Origin: an uncultured Clostridia bacterium
Lineage (GTDB): Bacteria > Bacillota > Clostridia > TANB77 > CAG-508
DNA length: 63,147 nt
Assembly: GCA_944388775.1 (NCBI GenBank)
Contig: CALXKC010000003.1
Coordinates: 1-63,147 of the forward strand
Reading direction: 5' to 3'
The notes under the pieces were generated by a model. The model searched no databases and was not told the origin of the DNA. It saw only the letters and a program-made list of their open reading frames with translations. Shown here one piece after another: positions 32,333-42,604 of the stretch; position 1 is the first letter of the stretch, and each line of letters begins with the position of its first letter. The position numbers and the translations under genes are program-made.

Positions 32333-32845
32333 ATGGTAGAAATCAGACAAGAAAATAAAAATGATTATGAAGAAATATATAATGTTGTAAAAACAGCATT
32401 TGAAACTGCAGAACATAGTGACGGAAATGAACAAGACTTAGTAGTGGCTTTAAGAAATAGTGATAGTTTTATTCCGGAATTATCACTAGTTGCAATAAAA
32501 GACAATAAAATTGTAGGACATATTTTATTTACAAAAATAAAAATAGGAAACCATGAAGAATTAGCCTTAGCACCACTTGCGGTATTACCAGAATACCAAA
32601 AACAAGGAATAGGAAGCAAACTAATACAACAAGGTCATAAAATAGCTAAAGAATTAGGATACCATTATTCTATTGTTTTAGGAAGTGAAACATATTATCC
32701 AAAGTTTGGATATGTTCCAGCAATACAATATGGAATAAAAGCACCTTTTGAAGTATCTAATGAAAACTTTATGGCTATAAAACTAAATGACACAGATGCA
32801 GAAATAAAAGGCACTGTTCAATATGCAAAAGAATTTGGAATATAA
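32333..32845 (+). CDS. GNAT N-acetyltransferase (YhbS-like)
   Basis: LAPLAVLPEYQKQGIGS, YYPKFG. Confidence 0.9.
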   Translation: MVEIRQENKNDYEEIYNVVKTAFETAEHSDGNEQDLVVALRNSDSFIPELSLVAIKDNKIVGHILFTKIKIGNHEELALAPLAVLPEYQKQGIGSKLIQQGHKIAKELGYHYSIVLGSETYYPKFGYVPAIQYGIKAPFEVSNENFMAIKLNDTDAEIKGTVQYAKEFGI

Positions 32846-32859
32846 ATAGGAGGAATAAA

Positions 32860-33531
32860 ATGCAAAAAATTCTAATAGTCGAAGATGATAAAAAATTAAG
32901 ACAAGAACTTGAAACATTTTTGAATAAAAATGGATTTCAAGCAAAAGGATTAGAAAAATTTGATGATACTATACAAGATATATTAAATGAAAACGCAGAT
33001 TTAGTATTGTTAGATATAAATCTGCCATATGCAGATGGAGAATTTGTATGTAAGGAAGTAAGAAAATTATCAAATGTACCTATTATCATGGTAACAAGTA
33101 GAGATAATGAAATTGATGAATTAATGAGCCTAAATTACGGAGCAGACCAATATGTAACAAAACCATATAACATTCAAATATTACTTGCTAAAATAACAGG
33201 ATTATTAAAAAGAAATGAAAACTCAGGAAGAAATCCAGAAAAAATTGATTGTAATGGATTTATATTAAATGTAGCAGAAAGAGTAATAGAAAAAGATAAC
33301 AAAAAGATTGACTTGACAAAAAATGAGTATAGCATTTTGTATTATTTAAGTACTCATAAAGAAAAAGTTGTATCAAGAGATGAAATCATGGACTACTTAT
33401 GGGAAAGTGAAGAATTTATTGATGATAATACACTAAATGTAAATATAAAAAGGTTAAGAACAAAGTTAGAAGAATTAGGAGTAAAAGATAAAATAGAAAC
33501 AAAAAGAGGACAGGGGTATTTATTAAAATGA
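32860..33531 (+). CDS. OmpR-family response regulator (BceR/GraR-like)
   Basis: IVEDD, LLDINLP, DDNTLNVNIKRLR, ETKRGQGY. Confidence 0.92.
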   Translation: MQKILIVEDDKKLRQELETFLNKNGFQAKGLEKFDDTIQDILNENADLVLLDINLPYADGEFVCKEVRKLSNVPIIMVTSRDNEIDELMSLNYGADQYVTKPYNIQILLAKITGLLKRNENSGRNPEKIDCNGFILNVAERVIEKDNKKIDLTKNEYSILYYLSTHKEKVVSRDEIMDYLWESEEFIDDNTLNVNIKRLRTKLEELGVKDKIETKRGQGYLLK

Positions 33532-34541
33532 AATTTAGAGATTTTATAAAAGACAAGATATTGCTAATTGTAACCGTAATATTAGCTCTAATCAGTATAG
33601 AAATATTATTACTTGCTTATAATATTGGAATAATCGCACAAATATATATTGCTATAATAATCATTTTAGTAGTAAGTATTTCAATTTTTGTAGAATATAA
33701 AAACAAGCAACATTTTTATAATCAACTAAAAACAAACATGGACGAATTAAATGAAAAATATTTAATCTCAGAAATTATCAAGACACCAAACTTTATAGAA
33801 GGAAAAATTTTGAAAGAAACAATACAAGACACTGGAAAGTCTATGCTAGAAAACGTGAACTACTATAAAAATATTCAAGAAGAATACAAAGAATATATTG
33901 AATTATGGATTCATGAAGTAAAAATACCAATAGCTGCAAGTAAAATGATTATTGAAAACAATAAAAATGCTATAACAAAAAGCATTGATGAAGAATTAGA
34001 TAAAGTGGAAAATTACATAGAGCAAGCACTATTTTATGCAAGAAGTAATGCAGTAGAAAAAGATTATATAATAAATAAAACTAATTTAAAAGAAATAGTA
34101 TCAGGTAGCATTCTAAAAAATAAAACTACATTACTTAATGAAAAAGTAGCATTGGAGTTAAAAGATATTGAGCAAGAAGTATATACAGATAGTAAATGGG
34201 CAACATTTATAATCAACCAAATCATACAAAATGCTATTAAGTATTCTAAAAAAGAAAACAAAAAAATAGAGATATATTCTAAAACAAAGAATGATAAAGT
34301 AATTCTATACATAAAAGATAACGGAATTGGTATAAAAAAAGGCGAAATAACAAGAGTATTTGAAAGAGGATTTACAGGAGAAAATGGAAGAATTGTTGGA
34401 CAAAAATCAACTGGCATCGGTTTATATTTATGCAAAAAGTTATGTGATAAATTAGGTCTTGGTATAGAACTAAATTCAGAAAAGGATATAGGAACAGAGG
34501 TAAGAATTATTTTCCCTAAAAATAGTTATACAACATTTTAA
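33528..34541 (+). CDS. Intramembrane-sensing histidine kinase (BceS/GraS-like)
   Basis: Two adjacent TMs, WIHEVKIP H-box, NAIKY, DNGIG, GFTG.NGR, STGIGLYL. Confidence 0.92.
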   Translation: MKFRDFIKDKILLIVTVILALISIEILLLAYNIGIIAQIYIAIIIILVVSISIFVEYKNKQHFYNQLKTNMDELNEKYLISEIIKTPNFIEGKILKETIQDTGKSMLENVNYYKNIQEEYKEYIELWIHEVKIPIAASKMIIENNKNAITKSIDEELDKVENYIEQALFYARSNAVEKDYIINKTNLKEIVSGSILKNKTTLLNEKVALELKDIEQEVYTDSKWATFIINQIIQNAIKYSKKENKKIEIYSKTKNDKVILYIKDNGIGIKKGEITRVFERGFTGENGRIVGQKSTGIGLYLCKKLCDKLGLGIELNSEKDIGTEVRIIFPKNSYTTF

Positions 34542-34636
34542 TATGTATAAGTTCCAAAAAATACATAACACAATTGATTTTTTTGAACTTATCAATAATA
34601 TTATGACAATATAAAGATTAAAGCAGGTGATAATAA

Positions 34637-35143
34637 ATGATTTATACAACACATTACAAATCTCCAATAGGAGACTTATTACTAGCAAGTAAGGATAACA
34701 AACTAATAGGATTATGGATTGAAGGACAAAAATACTATATGTCTAATTTTTTAGAAGAAATGAAAGAAAATGATAATGATAAAACATTACTTAAAGCAAA
34801 GAAATGGTTAGACAGATATTTTGGCAACGAAAAACCAAACATAAACGAATTAGAACTAAATCCTATTGGAAGTAAATTTAGACAAGCAGTTTGGAAAATA
34901 TTATGTGATATACCATATGGTAAAGTGACTACATACAAAAAAATTGCTGAAGAAATTGCAAAACAAAAAGGAATTAATAAAATGTCAGCACAAGCAGTCG
35001 GAGGAGCTGTTGGACACAATCCAATTTCAATAATAATTCCATGTCATAGAGTTGTAGGAACAAATGGAGATTTAACTGGATATGCAGGTGGGTTAGATAA
35101 AAAAATATATTTATTAGAACATGAAAAAAACAGTGATATGTAA
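34637..35143 (+). CDS. ogt: Methylated-DNA-protein-cysteine methyltransferase
   Basis: IPYG..TY, AVGGAVGHNP, PCHRV active site. Confidence 0.93.
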   Translation: MIYTTHYKSPIGDLLLASKDNKLIGLWIEGQKYYMSNFLEEMKENDNDKTLLKAKKWLDRYFGNEKPNINELELNPIGSKFRQAVWKILCDIPYGKVTTYKKIAEEIAKQKGINKMSAQAVGGAVGHNPISIIIPCHRVVGTNGDLTGYAGGLDKKIYLLEHEKNSDM

Positions 35144-35158
35144 AATATCAAAAAAGTA

Positions 35159-35179
35159 TTGACTTAGAGTAAACTCTAA
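35159..35179 (+). promoter_or_regulatory. MerR-type -35 plus operator dyad, -10 missing
   Basis: TTGACT overlapping the palindrome TTAGAGT-AA-ACTCTAA. Confidence 0.6.
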
Positions 35180-35180
35180 A

Positions 35181-35327
35181 GGACAAGAATTAAAAGGAAA
35201 AGTTGCAGTAAAATTATCAACAGGAGAAGCGGGAGGACATTATTTCTTAAATCCAAATTTAATAAAAGACCTAATTCATAAAGTAAATGGAACAATTGTA
35301 GAATGTAATACTGCATATAGTGGAAAA
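35181..35327 (+). pseudogene. Fragment of a DUF362-type Fe-S protein
   Basis: Translates as LKGKVAVKLSTGEAGGHYFLNP...VNGTIVECNTAYSG; no start codon or RBS. Confidence 0.65.
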
Positions 35328-35413
35328 ACGAGCATACAAATAGATAGTTTAATGACAGTATTGGGAAATAATATATTTAAGAATAAAAAGGTATTTAGTC
35401 AAAATCAAAGGAA

Positions 35414-35638
35414 ATGTTTAAAAAGCACTGGCTCAATTCCTACATAATTCCAATATGGAATAATAGTAATTTAGATGAAGTATTACTAGATTTGAAACTA
35501 ATAAACAAATTACCAAACAATAAAGAGAAAGGCAGAGTATATAGAGGATTATTCCCAACAAACAAAGGAGAATCTGACAAGCAACATATAAGTTATATGA
35601 TATTATTTAAACAATTCCAGAAGGAACGTGTAACATAA
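35414..35638 (+). pseudogene. Probable gene fragment or short hypothetical ORF
   Basis: 74-aa ORF with a poorly spaced RBS, in a decayed region. Confidence 0.35.
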
Positions 35639-35671
35639 AAGCCTTATCAAAATTTGAAAGGAGAATAAATC

Positions 35672-35839
35672 ATGCGGATTGATATGCCAAAAAAAGCAAA
35701 AAAGAAATCAAAAGGAGTAGTATATTCTCATGAAGAAATCAAAAAAGAAGCAGCAGAATTGGAAAGTAATTTGAGAATAAGAATAGCAGAAATAGAAAGA
35801 ATTGAAAGAAATCGCAAACCAGATTTCAGACGAAGATGA
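35672..35839 (+). CDS. Small basic hypothetical protein, 55 aa
   Basis: RBS AAGGAG; MRIDMPKKAKKKSKG...; hairpin downstream; CGG at codon 2. Confidence 0.5.
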   Translation: MRIDMPKKAKKKSKGVVYSHEEIKKEAAELESNLRIRIAEIERIERNRKPDFRRR

Positions 35840-36234
35840 GCTAATTTGATGGCTATCAATTAAAAACACATAAAATTGAATGTATTCATTTTTATGTGTT
35901 CTTATATTAATTTATTTATTGTGATATAGTTGATTATACACCTGTTAAAATAAGTTTATAATCAGACAAATAACAAGTTATCAAAGAAATCTAATAAAAA
36001 TTTAGGTTTCTTTTTAATTACTACAAAATAAAAGTTTATAATAAATGATATAATTTATAAAGAAATTAAACTAATTGTCGGAAAAAAATTGACGAAAAAT
36101 TGACTTTATCCTACAATTTATAAAAAATACTACACAAACTAAAAAAAGTATGATAAAATATTTTAGAATTAACAAATTACTAAATTTGCTAAAAACAATA
36201 TAAATAAAAACAAAAACAAAGGGAGGAATAAAAA

Positions 36235-36954
36235 ATGTCAGGACACAGTAAATGGCATAACATACAAGCCAAAAAAGGAAAAGCAGACGCAGCAAGAGGA
36301 AAAATATTCACAAAACTAGGAAGAGAATTATTAATAGCAGTAAAAGAAGGTGGACCAGACCCAGCAGGAAACTCAAAATTAAAAAATGTAATAGCAAAAT
36401 GTAAAGCAGCAAACATGCCAAACGACACAATAAATAATGCAATAAGAAAAGCATCAACAAGCAATGAAAACTATGAAGAAATAACATACGAAGGATATGG
36501 ACCAAATGGAGTAGCAGTAATTGTAGAAGCTGCAACAGATAATAAAAATAGAACAGCAGCAGACGTAAGACATGCATTTGACAAATCAGGAGGGAACTTA
36601 GGAACAACAGGATGCGTATCATATATGTTCAATAAAAAAGGAGTATTAGTAATAGAAAAAGCCTCAACTGATATGGACGAAGACGAATTAATGATGCTTG
36701 CATTAGATGCAGGAGCAGAAGATTTTGTTGCATCAGAAGAAATATATGAAATTACAACAGACCCAGCAGATTTTTCAGCAGTACGTGAAAAACTTGAAGA
36801 AGCAGGTCTTGAATTCTTAGAAGCAGAAGTACAAATGGTACCAACAACAACAGTTAGTCTTGATGAAAAAGGTGTAGAAAAAATGGAAAGATTAATAGAA
36901 AGACTAGAAGACTTAGATGATGTTTCTAATATATATCACAACTGGGAAGAATAA
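36235..36954 (+). CDS. yebC: YebC/PmpR-family protein
   Basis: [34 protein letters not shown]. Confidence 0.96.
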   Translation: MSGHSKWHNIQAKKGKADAARGKIFTKLGRELLIAVKEGGPDPAGNSKLKNVIAKCKAANMPNDTINNAIRKASTSNENYEEITYEGYGPNGVAVIVEAATDNKNRTAADVRHAFDKSGGNLGTTGCVSYMFNKKGVLVIEKASTDMDEDELMMLALDAGAEDFVASEEIYEITTDPADFSAVREKLEEAGLEFLEAEVQMVPTTTVSLDEKGVEKMERLIERLEDLDDVSNIYHNWEE

Positions 36955-36974
36955 AATTAATGTTGGAGGTAACT

Positions 36975-38693
36975 ATGAAGCAAAAGAAAAATAAAGAGAA
37001 CAAACAAAAAACAAGCAAAGGTTTAAAAGCCACAATAATAATTTTAATTATTATACTAGCATTAATAATTACATTTGGTTGCCTATATTTCTTTACAGAT
37101 TTATTTAAAAGCAACAAAGAACTATTTTTCAAATACACTGCACAAATAGTGCAGCAAGAAGATGGATTCATAGGTGACGGACTAAAACAATATTTAGATA
37201 AAAAGCAAAATACTCCATATGAAGATAATGGGAATATAGATTTTGATATATCACTTCCAGATTTAGGGCAAAATGATGATGTACTTGATAACTTCAATAT
37301 AAGTTTTTCTGGAAAAATGAATAAACCAAATGCAAAAAATGAACAAAACATTACATTAAACTATTCAAATGATACTAATTTTCCATTTTATTATAGAAAA
37401 TCAAATGATATGCAAGGAATACAATCAGAATATATAGGAACAAAATATATTGCAATTAGAGATGGGCAAGAACTTCAAGGAGCAGATAATATAGATTTAA
37501 GTTTTGTTGATACTGTTGCAAGTTTGCAAAATTTGCAAATACCTTATGACCAAATCCAAGCTTTAAAAACAACATATTTTGATAATATAATAAATCAAAT
37601 AGAAAATGGTAAGTTTTCTAAAATAAGTGAAGAAAATAAAGTCGGATATAGATTATCATTAACAGGTGATGAATTAAAAAATGTATTGACACAAATTTTA
37701 GAAACATTAAAAGATGATGAAAACACAATAGACCAGTTAAATGCATTATTAGGTTTACAACAAAGTTCTTCTAAAATAAGAACAACAGATATTGATAATT
37801 TAATTGAAGATTTAAATAATGCAGAAGTTGGGGAAATAGAAATTACTGTATACAAAAATAATGGAAAAGTAAGTGGACTAGAAATAAAACAAGAGTATTT
37901 AGAACTTTCTTTAGAAAGAACAGAAAGTGAAGGACAAGAAACATATAATGCAACAATTAACTTATTAAATAATACAGATAAAAATTTAAATGTAGGATTA
38001 GTAGCTAGATTTAATGGCTTAAATTCAAATAATATAAATGAAAGTTATGAAATATCAGTACAAGGAAAAAATCAAAATGAAGATTTAAATTATAAATACA
38101 CAATAAATAATTCTGTACAATTTGCAGAAGCAGTAGACATCGAAGATTTTTCAGCACAAAATGCAGTAATACTTAATGACCAAGATGAAGAATATGTTTC
38201 AGGTTTATTAAATGCAATTCAAGACAGATTAATTGCTGTAAACCAAAATCAAATGGAACAATTAGGAGCAACAGCAGAACAGAACCCATTGTATTTTGTA
38301 TTACCAACACAAATATTATCAGATGTTTTAGGAATACAATCAAGCAATCAACTTTCAGAAGTTGAAGCAACAGAATTTAATGAAAAATTCTACTTGTATG
38401 AGGGAACAAGTCAAAGAGGGGTTACTGTAAGAGGCTTATTATCAACTATAGCTTTAAATAATGGTTATGAGGATAGCAGTTCAGAAGGTGATGAATCTGA
38501 AGAAAATGAAAATAAAAGAAATAATAATCCTCAAATTACAGAAATTCATTTTGATGGCGAAGAGTATGAGGTTTCAGAACAAAACATTACTTTAATTAAA
38601 GATATGATTGAAACAGAAACTTTATATAGGGTAGAGTTTGAACTAGATTCTAATACTGGCTTAATATATAGAGTTGTTATAAATAAACAATAA
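36975..38693 (+). CDS. Membrane-anchored hypothetical protein
   Basis: Basic N-terminus, single TM, large acidic domain; RBS GGAGG. Confidence 0.75.
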   Translation: MKQKKNKENKQKTSKGLKATIIILIIILALIITFGCLYFFTDLFKSNKELFFKYTAQIVQQEDGFIGDGLKQYLDKKQNTPYEDNGNIDFDISLPDLGQNDDVLDNFNISFSGKMNKPNAKNEQNITLNYSNDTNFPFYYRKSNDMQGIQSEYIGTKYIAIRDGQELQGADNIDLSFVDTVASLQNLQIPYDQIQALKTTYFDNIINQIENGKFSKISEENKVGYRLSLTGDELKNVLTQILETLKDDENTIDQLNALLGLQQSSSKIRTTDIDNLIEDLNNAEVGEIEITVYKNNGKVSGLEIKQEYLELSLERTESEGQETYNATINLLNNTDKNLNVGLVARFNGLNSNNINESYEISVQGKNQNEDLNYKYTINNSVQFAEAVDIEDFSAQNAVILNDQDEEYVSGLLNAIQDRLIAVNQNQMEQLGATAEQNPLYFVLPTQILSDVLGIQSSNQLSEVEATEFNEKFYLYEGTSQRGVTVRGLLSTIALNNGYEDSSSEGDESEENENKRNNNPQITEIHFDGEEYEVSEQNITLIKDMIETETLYRVEFELDSNTGLIYRVVINKQ

Positions 38694-38698
38694 TATCA

Positions 38699-38893
38699 TT
38701 AGGTCAGGAGATTGTGTATAAATTTTATGAAATCACGAATGTGAATGGAAGAAATATTATAAATTCTTTAATTGTAAAGTAGGAGAATCTCAAACTTGCT
38801 TTGAGAGGTGCCTGCTTTATAATTTTAGAATTTATTTATTCTGTAATGTTAACCGAGTGATGAATAAAATTTATACACAATCTCCTGACCTAA
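38699..38893. mobile_element. MITE-like fold-back element, 195 bp
   Basis: Perfect 30-bp terminal inverted repeat TTAGGTCAGGAGATTGTGTATAAATTTTAT plus nested internal stems. Confidence 0.6.
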
Positions 38894-39008
38894 AAAATAT
38901 AATATTTAAAATTTGAAAAATCAGTTCTTAAAGAGAAAAAGGAGCATATAATAGAATGAATATGCTTCTTTTTCGTTTGCTAAAAAATCACAAAAGGAAG
39001 GGATAAAA

Positions 39009-39879
39009 GTGCACGATATAGATGAAATAATAAGATATTTTCCCAATCAATTATATCAATTACTAAAAAATGTATCACTTCAAAACCAAGCTATTCAACC
39101 ACAATTGCAAGAGATAAGGATTAGAGTTAATAGACCAATAATTTTAAAACTAAGACAAGCAGACATTCTAATAGATTATAAAATCTCTCAAACAGAAATA
39201 ATTCAAACATTAGAAAAGTTATGCGAAAATTCAATATATGCATACAAAAATCAAATTTGTAATGGATATCTAACTATCAAAGGTGGGCATAGGATTGGTT
39301 TAACAGGCACAGCAGTAGTAGAAGATGAGAAAATTATAAATTTAAAATATATAACAAGTTTTAATTTTAGAATAGCAAGACAAATTTTAGGTTGTGGAAA
39401 TAAATTTTTAGAAGAAATTATTAATAAAGAAGAAAACACCATTTATAATACCCTAATTGTTTCTCCACCAGGTAAAGGAAAAACAACTGTATTAAGAGAT
39501 GTGATAAGGAGAATTAGCAATGGAATAGAAGAAATGAATTTCAACGGAAAAACCTGTGGAGTGGTGGATGAAAGAGGAGAGCTTGCAGCAATGTATAAAG
39601 GTGTGCCACAAAATGACATAGGAATAAGAACAGATGTAATTGAAAATATATCAAAATCACAAGGAATAAAAATGTTAATTCGCTCAATGGCACCAGAAGT
39701 AATTGCTTGTGATGAAATTGGCTCTAAAGAAGATATTGATGCCATTCGGAGAAGCCATGATTTCAGGAGTAAAAGGCATTTTTACAATGCATGGAAAAGA
39801 TATGAATGATATAAAACAAAATAAATACATAAATAGTTTATTGGAAAATAAACAAATTGAAAAAATTATTTTTATATAA
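39009..39879 (+). CDS. spoIIIAA: Stage III sporulation protein AA, interrupted by a +1 shift at CGG (39747)
   Basis: EIRIR, GGHRIG, SPPGKGKTT, VDERGE, RSMAPEVIACDEIG; the conserved tail EAMISGV..IFTMHG continues in the +1 frame to TAA 39879. Confidence 0.92.
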
Positions 39880-39972
39880 TTTATTTTTTAGTTCTATTTA
39901 ATTAAGTATATGCATAAAATATTGTAAAAGTTGAAATGGACAAGATGCTAATTAGGAAAGGAAAAACTAGAC

Positions 39973-40485
39973 ATGGTGTTAGTTATAAAATATTTTATGC
40001 TCTTTTTATTATTAGTTGCATGTACTTTAATAGGCAGATTTCTGTCAAAAAAATATGTATATAGATTAAATGAATTAGAAGAAATGAAAAATGCACTAAA
40101 TATTTTTGAATCAAAAATAAAATTTACATATGAACCAATACCAGAAATATTCGAAGAAATATCAAAAAATTCAAGTTACAATATATCAAATATCTTTAAA
40201 AAATCAAAAGAAAAAATGAAAGAAAAAAACGCAAGTCAAGCATGGGAAGAATCAATAGATGAAAGCAACTGTAATTTTTCAAAAGAGGACAAACAGGTTT
40301 TGAAAACATTATCAAAACTGCTAGGACAAACAGATAGTGAAGGACAAATAAGTCAAATAGAAATAACACAAAATTTTTTAAATACACAAATTAAAGACGC
40401 CGAAGAAGAAAAAAGAAAAAATGAAAAACTATACTCAAAATTAGGGACAACCATAGGGTTAGCAATTGTAATAATTTTAGCTTAA
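39973..40485 (+). CDS. spoIIIAB: Stage III sporulation protein AB
   Basis: LGQTD.EGQ, KLYSKLG; operon position. Confidence 0.9.
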   Translation: MVLVIKYFMLFLLLVACTLIGRFLSKKYVYRLNELEEMKNALNIFESKIKFTYEPIPEIFEEISKNSSYNISNIFKKSKEKMKEKNASQAWEESIDESNCNFSKEDKQVLKTLSKLLGQTDSEGQISQIEITQNFLNTQIKDAEEEKRKNEKLYSKLGTTIGLAIVIILA

Positions 40486-40564
40486 TGCAACAAAGCTCTG
40501 GAGTTATAAATAAATTAATAACAATTGTTTGAAAAATAAAGATAAATAAAAAGGAATGTTAAAG

Positions 40565-40759
40565 ATGGATATTAATTTATTATTTAAAATAGCTGCAATA
40601 GGAATACTTGTAGCAGTTTTACATCAAGTATTAGTAAGAGCTGGAAGAGAAGACCAAGCTATGATGACAACACTTGCAGGTTTAGTAATTGTATTAACAA
40701 TGGTTATAAAAGAAATAAGTGGATTATTTGACACAGTAAGAACAATTTTCAACCTTTAG
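40565..40759 (+). CDS. spoIIIAC: Stage III sporulation protein AC
   Basis: MDINLLFKIAAIGILVAVLHQVL..AGREDQA. Confidence 0.95.
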   Translation: MDINLLFKIAAIGILVAVLHQVLVRAGREDQAMMTTLAGLVIVLTMVIKEISGLFDTVRTIFNL

Positions 40760-40803
40760 GGACATGTCAAATTGAACAATTTTTGCGTATTAGGGACAGA
40801 CCT
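40757..40803. repeat. Degenerate GGGAC element starting in the spoIIIAC TAG stop
   Basis: TAGGGACATGTC...TAGGGACAGACCT; GGGAC spacing 34 nt; central hairpin decayed. Confidence 0.72.
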
Positions 40804-40844
40804 TGAAATATAGAAAAGTTCATTGCTTTTTTAGGGAGAGTAAA

Positions 40845-41231
40845 ATGATTATTAAAATAATAGGAATTGGTTTAGTTGCCCTTATCATAATAATTTTATT
40901 AAAACAATATAAACCTGAATTTGCAATATATATAAGTTTACTTGCAGGAGTTTTAATATTGTTATTGGTAATGGACCAACTAACGCAAGTTATATCACTA
41001 TTACAATCTTTAGCATCAAAAGCATCAATAAATAGTACATTTTTAGCAATATTATTAAAAATTACAGGAATAGCATTTTTAGCAGAATTTGCAGTTAGTG
41101 TATGTAAAGATGCAGGAGAAGGTGCAATAGCAAGTAAAATCGAAATAGGAAGCAAAATCATAATAATTGCAATGTCAATACCAATAATATCAAGCCTGTT
41201 AGAAATAATATTAAAAATACTACCTACATAA
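40845..41231 (+). CDS. spoIIIAD: Stage III sporulation protein AD
   Basis: LKQYKPEFA, LLKITGIA, CKDAGEGAIASKIE. Confidence 0.95.
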   Translation: MIIKIIGIGLVALIIIILLKQYKPEFAIYISLLAGVLILLLVMDQLTQVISLLQSLASKASINSTFLAILLKITGIAFLAEFAVSVCKDAGEGAIASKIEIGSKIIIIAMSIPIISSLLEIILKILPT

Positions 41232-41232
41232 G

Positions 41233-41347
41233 TGTCCATTTGGGGACGTTTCCATTTGGACAAAAATGTCCAAACGGGGACAGATGCGTCTAAGATGTGT
41301 CCCAAAATGGACAAAAATGTCCAAAGAGAAACGTCCCCAAATGGACA
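41233..41347. repeat. Inverted doublet (REPIN-like) of GGGAC elements, TGGAC subfamily
   Basis: Two units in opposite orientation: GGGAC at 41243 and 41277, GTCCC at 41299 and 41333; fills the spoIIIAD-AE gap. Confidence 0.85.
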
Positions 41348-41360
41348 AAAGGAGTTACAA

Positions 41361-42548
41361 ATGAAAAGATTTATAATAAAATTAATTTTTTTAACATTAA
41401 TATGTATTGTAATTCCTGAAACTTTAGTAATTGCAACCGAAACATCAAACACAAGCAATTCAAATAGTACACAGGAGGCAATACAAGAACAGCAAGAAGA
41501 ATTTGGGATACAAGATTTTATAAATAACTCAAAAGAATACACATCAGGAGAGTTTTTTGAAAATATTGATATAGATGAAATATTAAACCAAGCAATACAA
41601 GGAAATATTGATAACAACAGTATATTAAAAGCCGTACTCAACTTATTAGGAATAGAAATATTTGACAGCATAAAAGCAATAGTTAGTATTTTAGTTATTA
41701 TAGTAATACATAGTTTGTTAAAATCAATAAGTGAAAACCTTGAAAATGATGGTATTGCAAAACTTATATATTATGTCCAATACATATTAATTGTGACAAT
41801 TGTAATGTCAAATTTTTCAGAAATAATAACAATGGTAAAACAAACAACGACAGATTTAGTAGCGTTTATGAATATGCTAGTTCCACTTTTAATTACTCTC
41901 ATGATGTATACTGGAAGTATTGCTACAAGTGGAATAATAGAACCAATTATACTGTTTATGATTAATTTTATTGGTAATATCATACAAACAATAATATTGC
42001 CACTTGTGCTAATTTTTACAAGTTTAGTTATTTTATCAAAATTAACTGACAAAATACAAATAAGTAAATTATCAAAATTCTTAAAATCAGGAATTGTTTG
42101 GTTTTTAGGAATTATTCTAACAATATTTGTTGGGGTGGTTTCATTAGAAGGAACAATGTCAAGCAGTGTAGATGGAATTACAGCCAAAACCACAAAAGCA
42201 ATAGTAAGTTCAGCTGTACCTGTTGTTGGAAAAATATTAGGTGATGCAGTTGATACCGTTTTGGGTGGAGGAATTATTCTTAAGAATGCAATTGGTTTAG
42301 TTGGAGTAATTATTGTAATTGGTATGTGTATTGCACCTATTTTTAAATTCGCAATACTCTGTATAACATATAAGTTTCTGGCAACAATTACAGAACCTAT
42401 TGCAGATTCGAAGATAACAGGACTATTAGAACAAATTGGAGATATTTTTAAAATACTTTTAGCTATTTTATGTTCGATTTCTTTCATGTTGATTATTGGG
42501 ACAGCTTTAGTTCTTAAGATTTCTAATAGTGGCATGATGTACAGATAA
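41361..42548 (+). CDS. spoIIIAE: Stage III sporulation protein AE
   Basis: Multi-TM; DGITAKT.K, VPVVGKILGDA, KNAIG; RBS AAGGAG before ATG 41361. Confidence 0.93.
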   Translation: MKRFIIKLIFLTLICIVIPETLVIATETSNTSNSNSTQEAIQEQQEEFGIQDFINNSKEYTSGEFFENIDIDEILNQAIQGNIDNNSILKAVLNLLGIEIFDSIKAIVSILVIIVIHSLLKSISENLENDGIAKLIYYVQYILIVTIVMSNFSEIITMVKQTTTDLVAFMNMLVPLLITLMMYTGSIATSGIIEPIILFMINFIGNIIQTIILPLVLIFTSLVILSKLTDKIQISKLSKFLKSGIVWFLGIILTIFVGVVSLEGTMSSSVDGITAKTTKAIVSSAVPVVGKILGDAVDTVLGGGIILKNAIGLVGVIIVIGMCIAPIFKFAILCITYKFLATITEPIADSKITGLLEQIGDIFKILLAILCSISFMLIIGTALVLKISNSGMMYR

Positions 42549-42604
42549 ATAAAAGTTTATAGGTAAAAGCTTAAAACCTAAATATGTAGTAATGTAGGAG
42601 AAAA

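Noticed and set aside
38699-38893. Firm call as 6S RNA
   Set aside because: Size and shape fit, but a perfect 30-bp terminal IR and no clear promoter favour a MITE; a covariance-model search is needed to decide.
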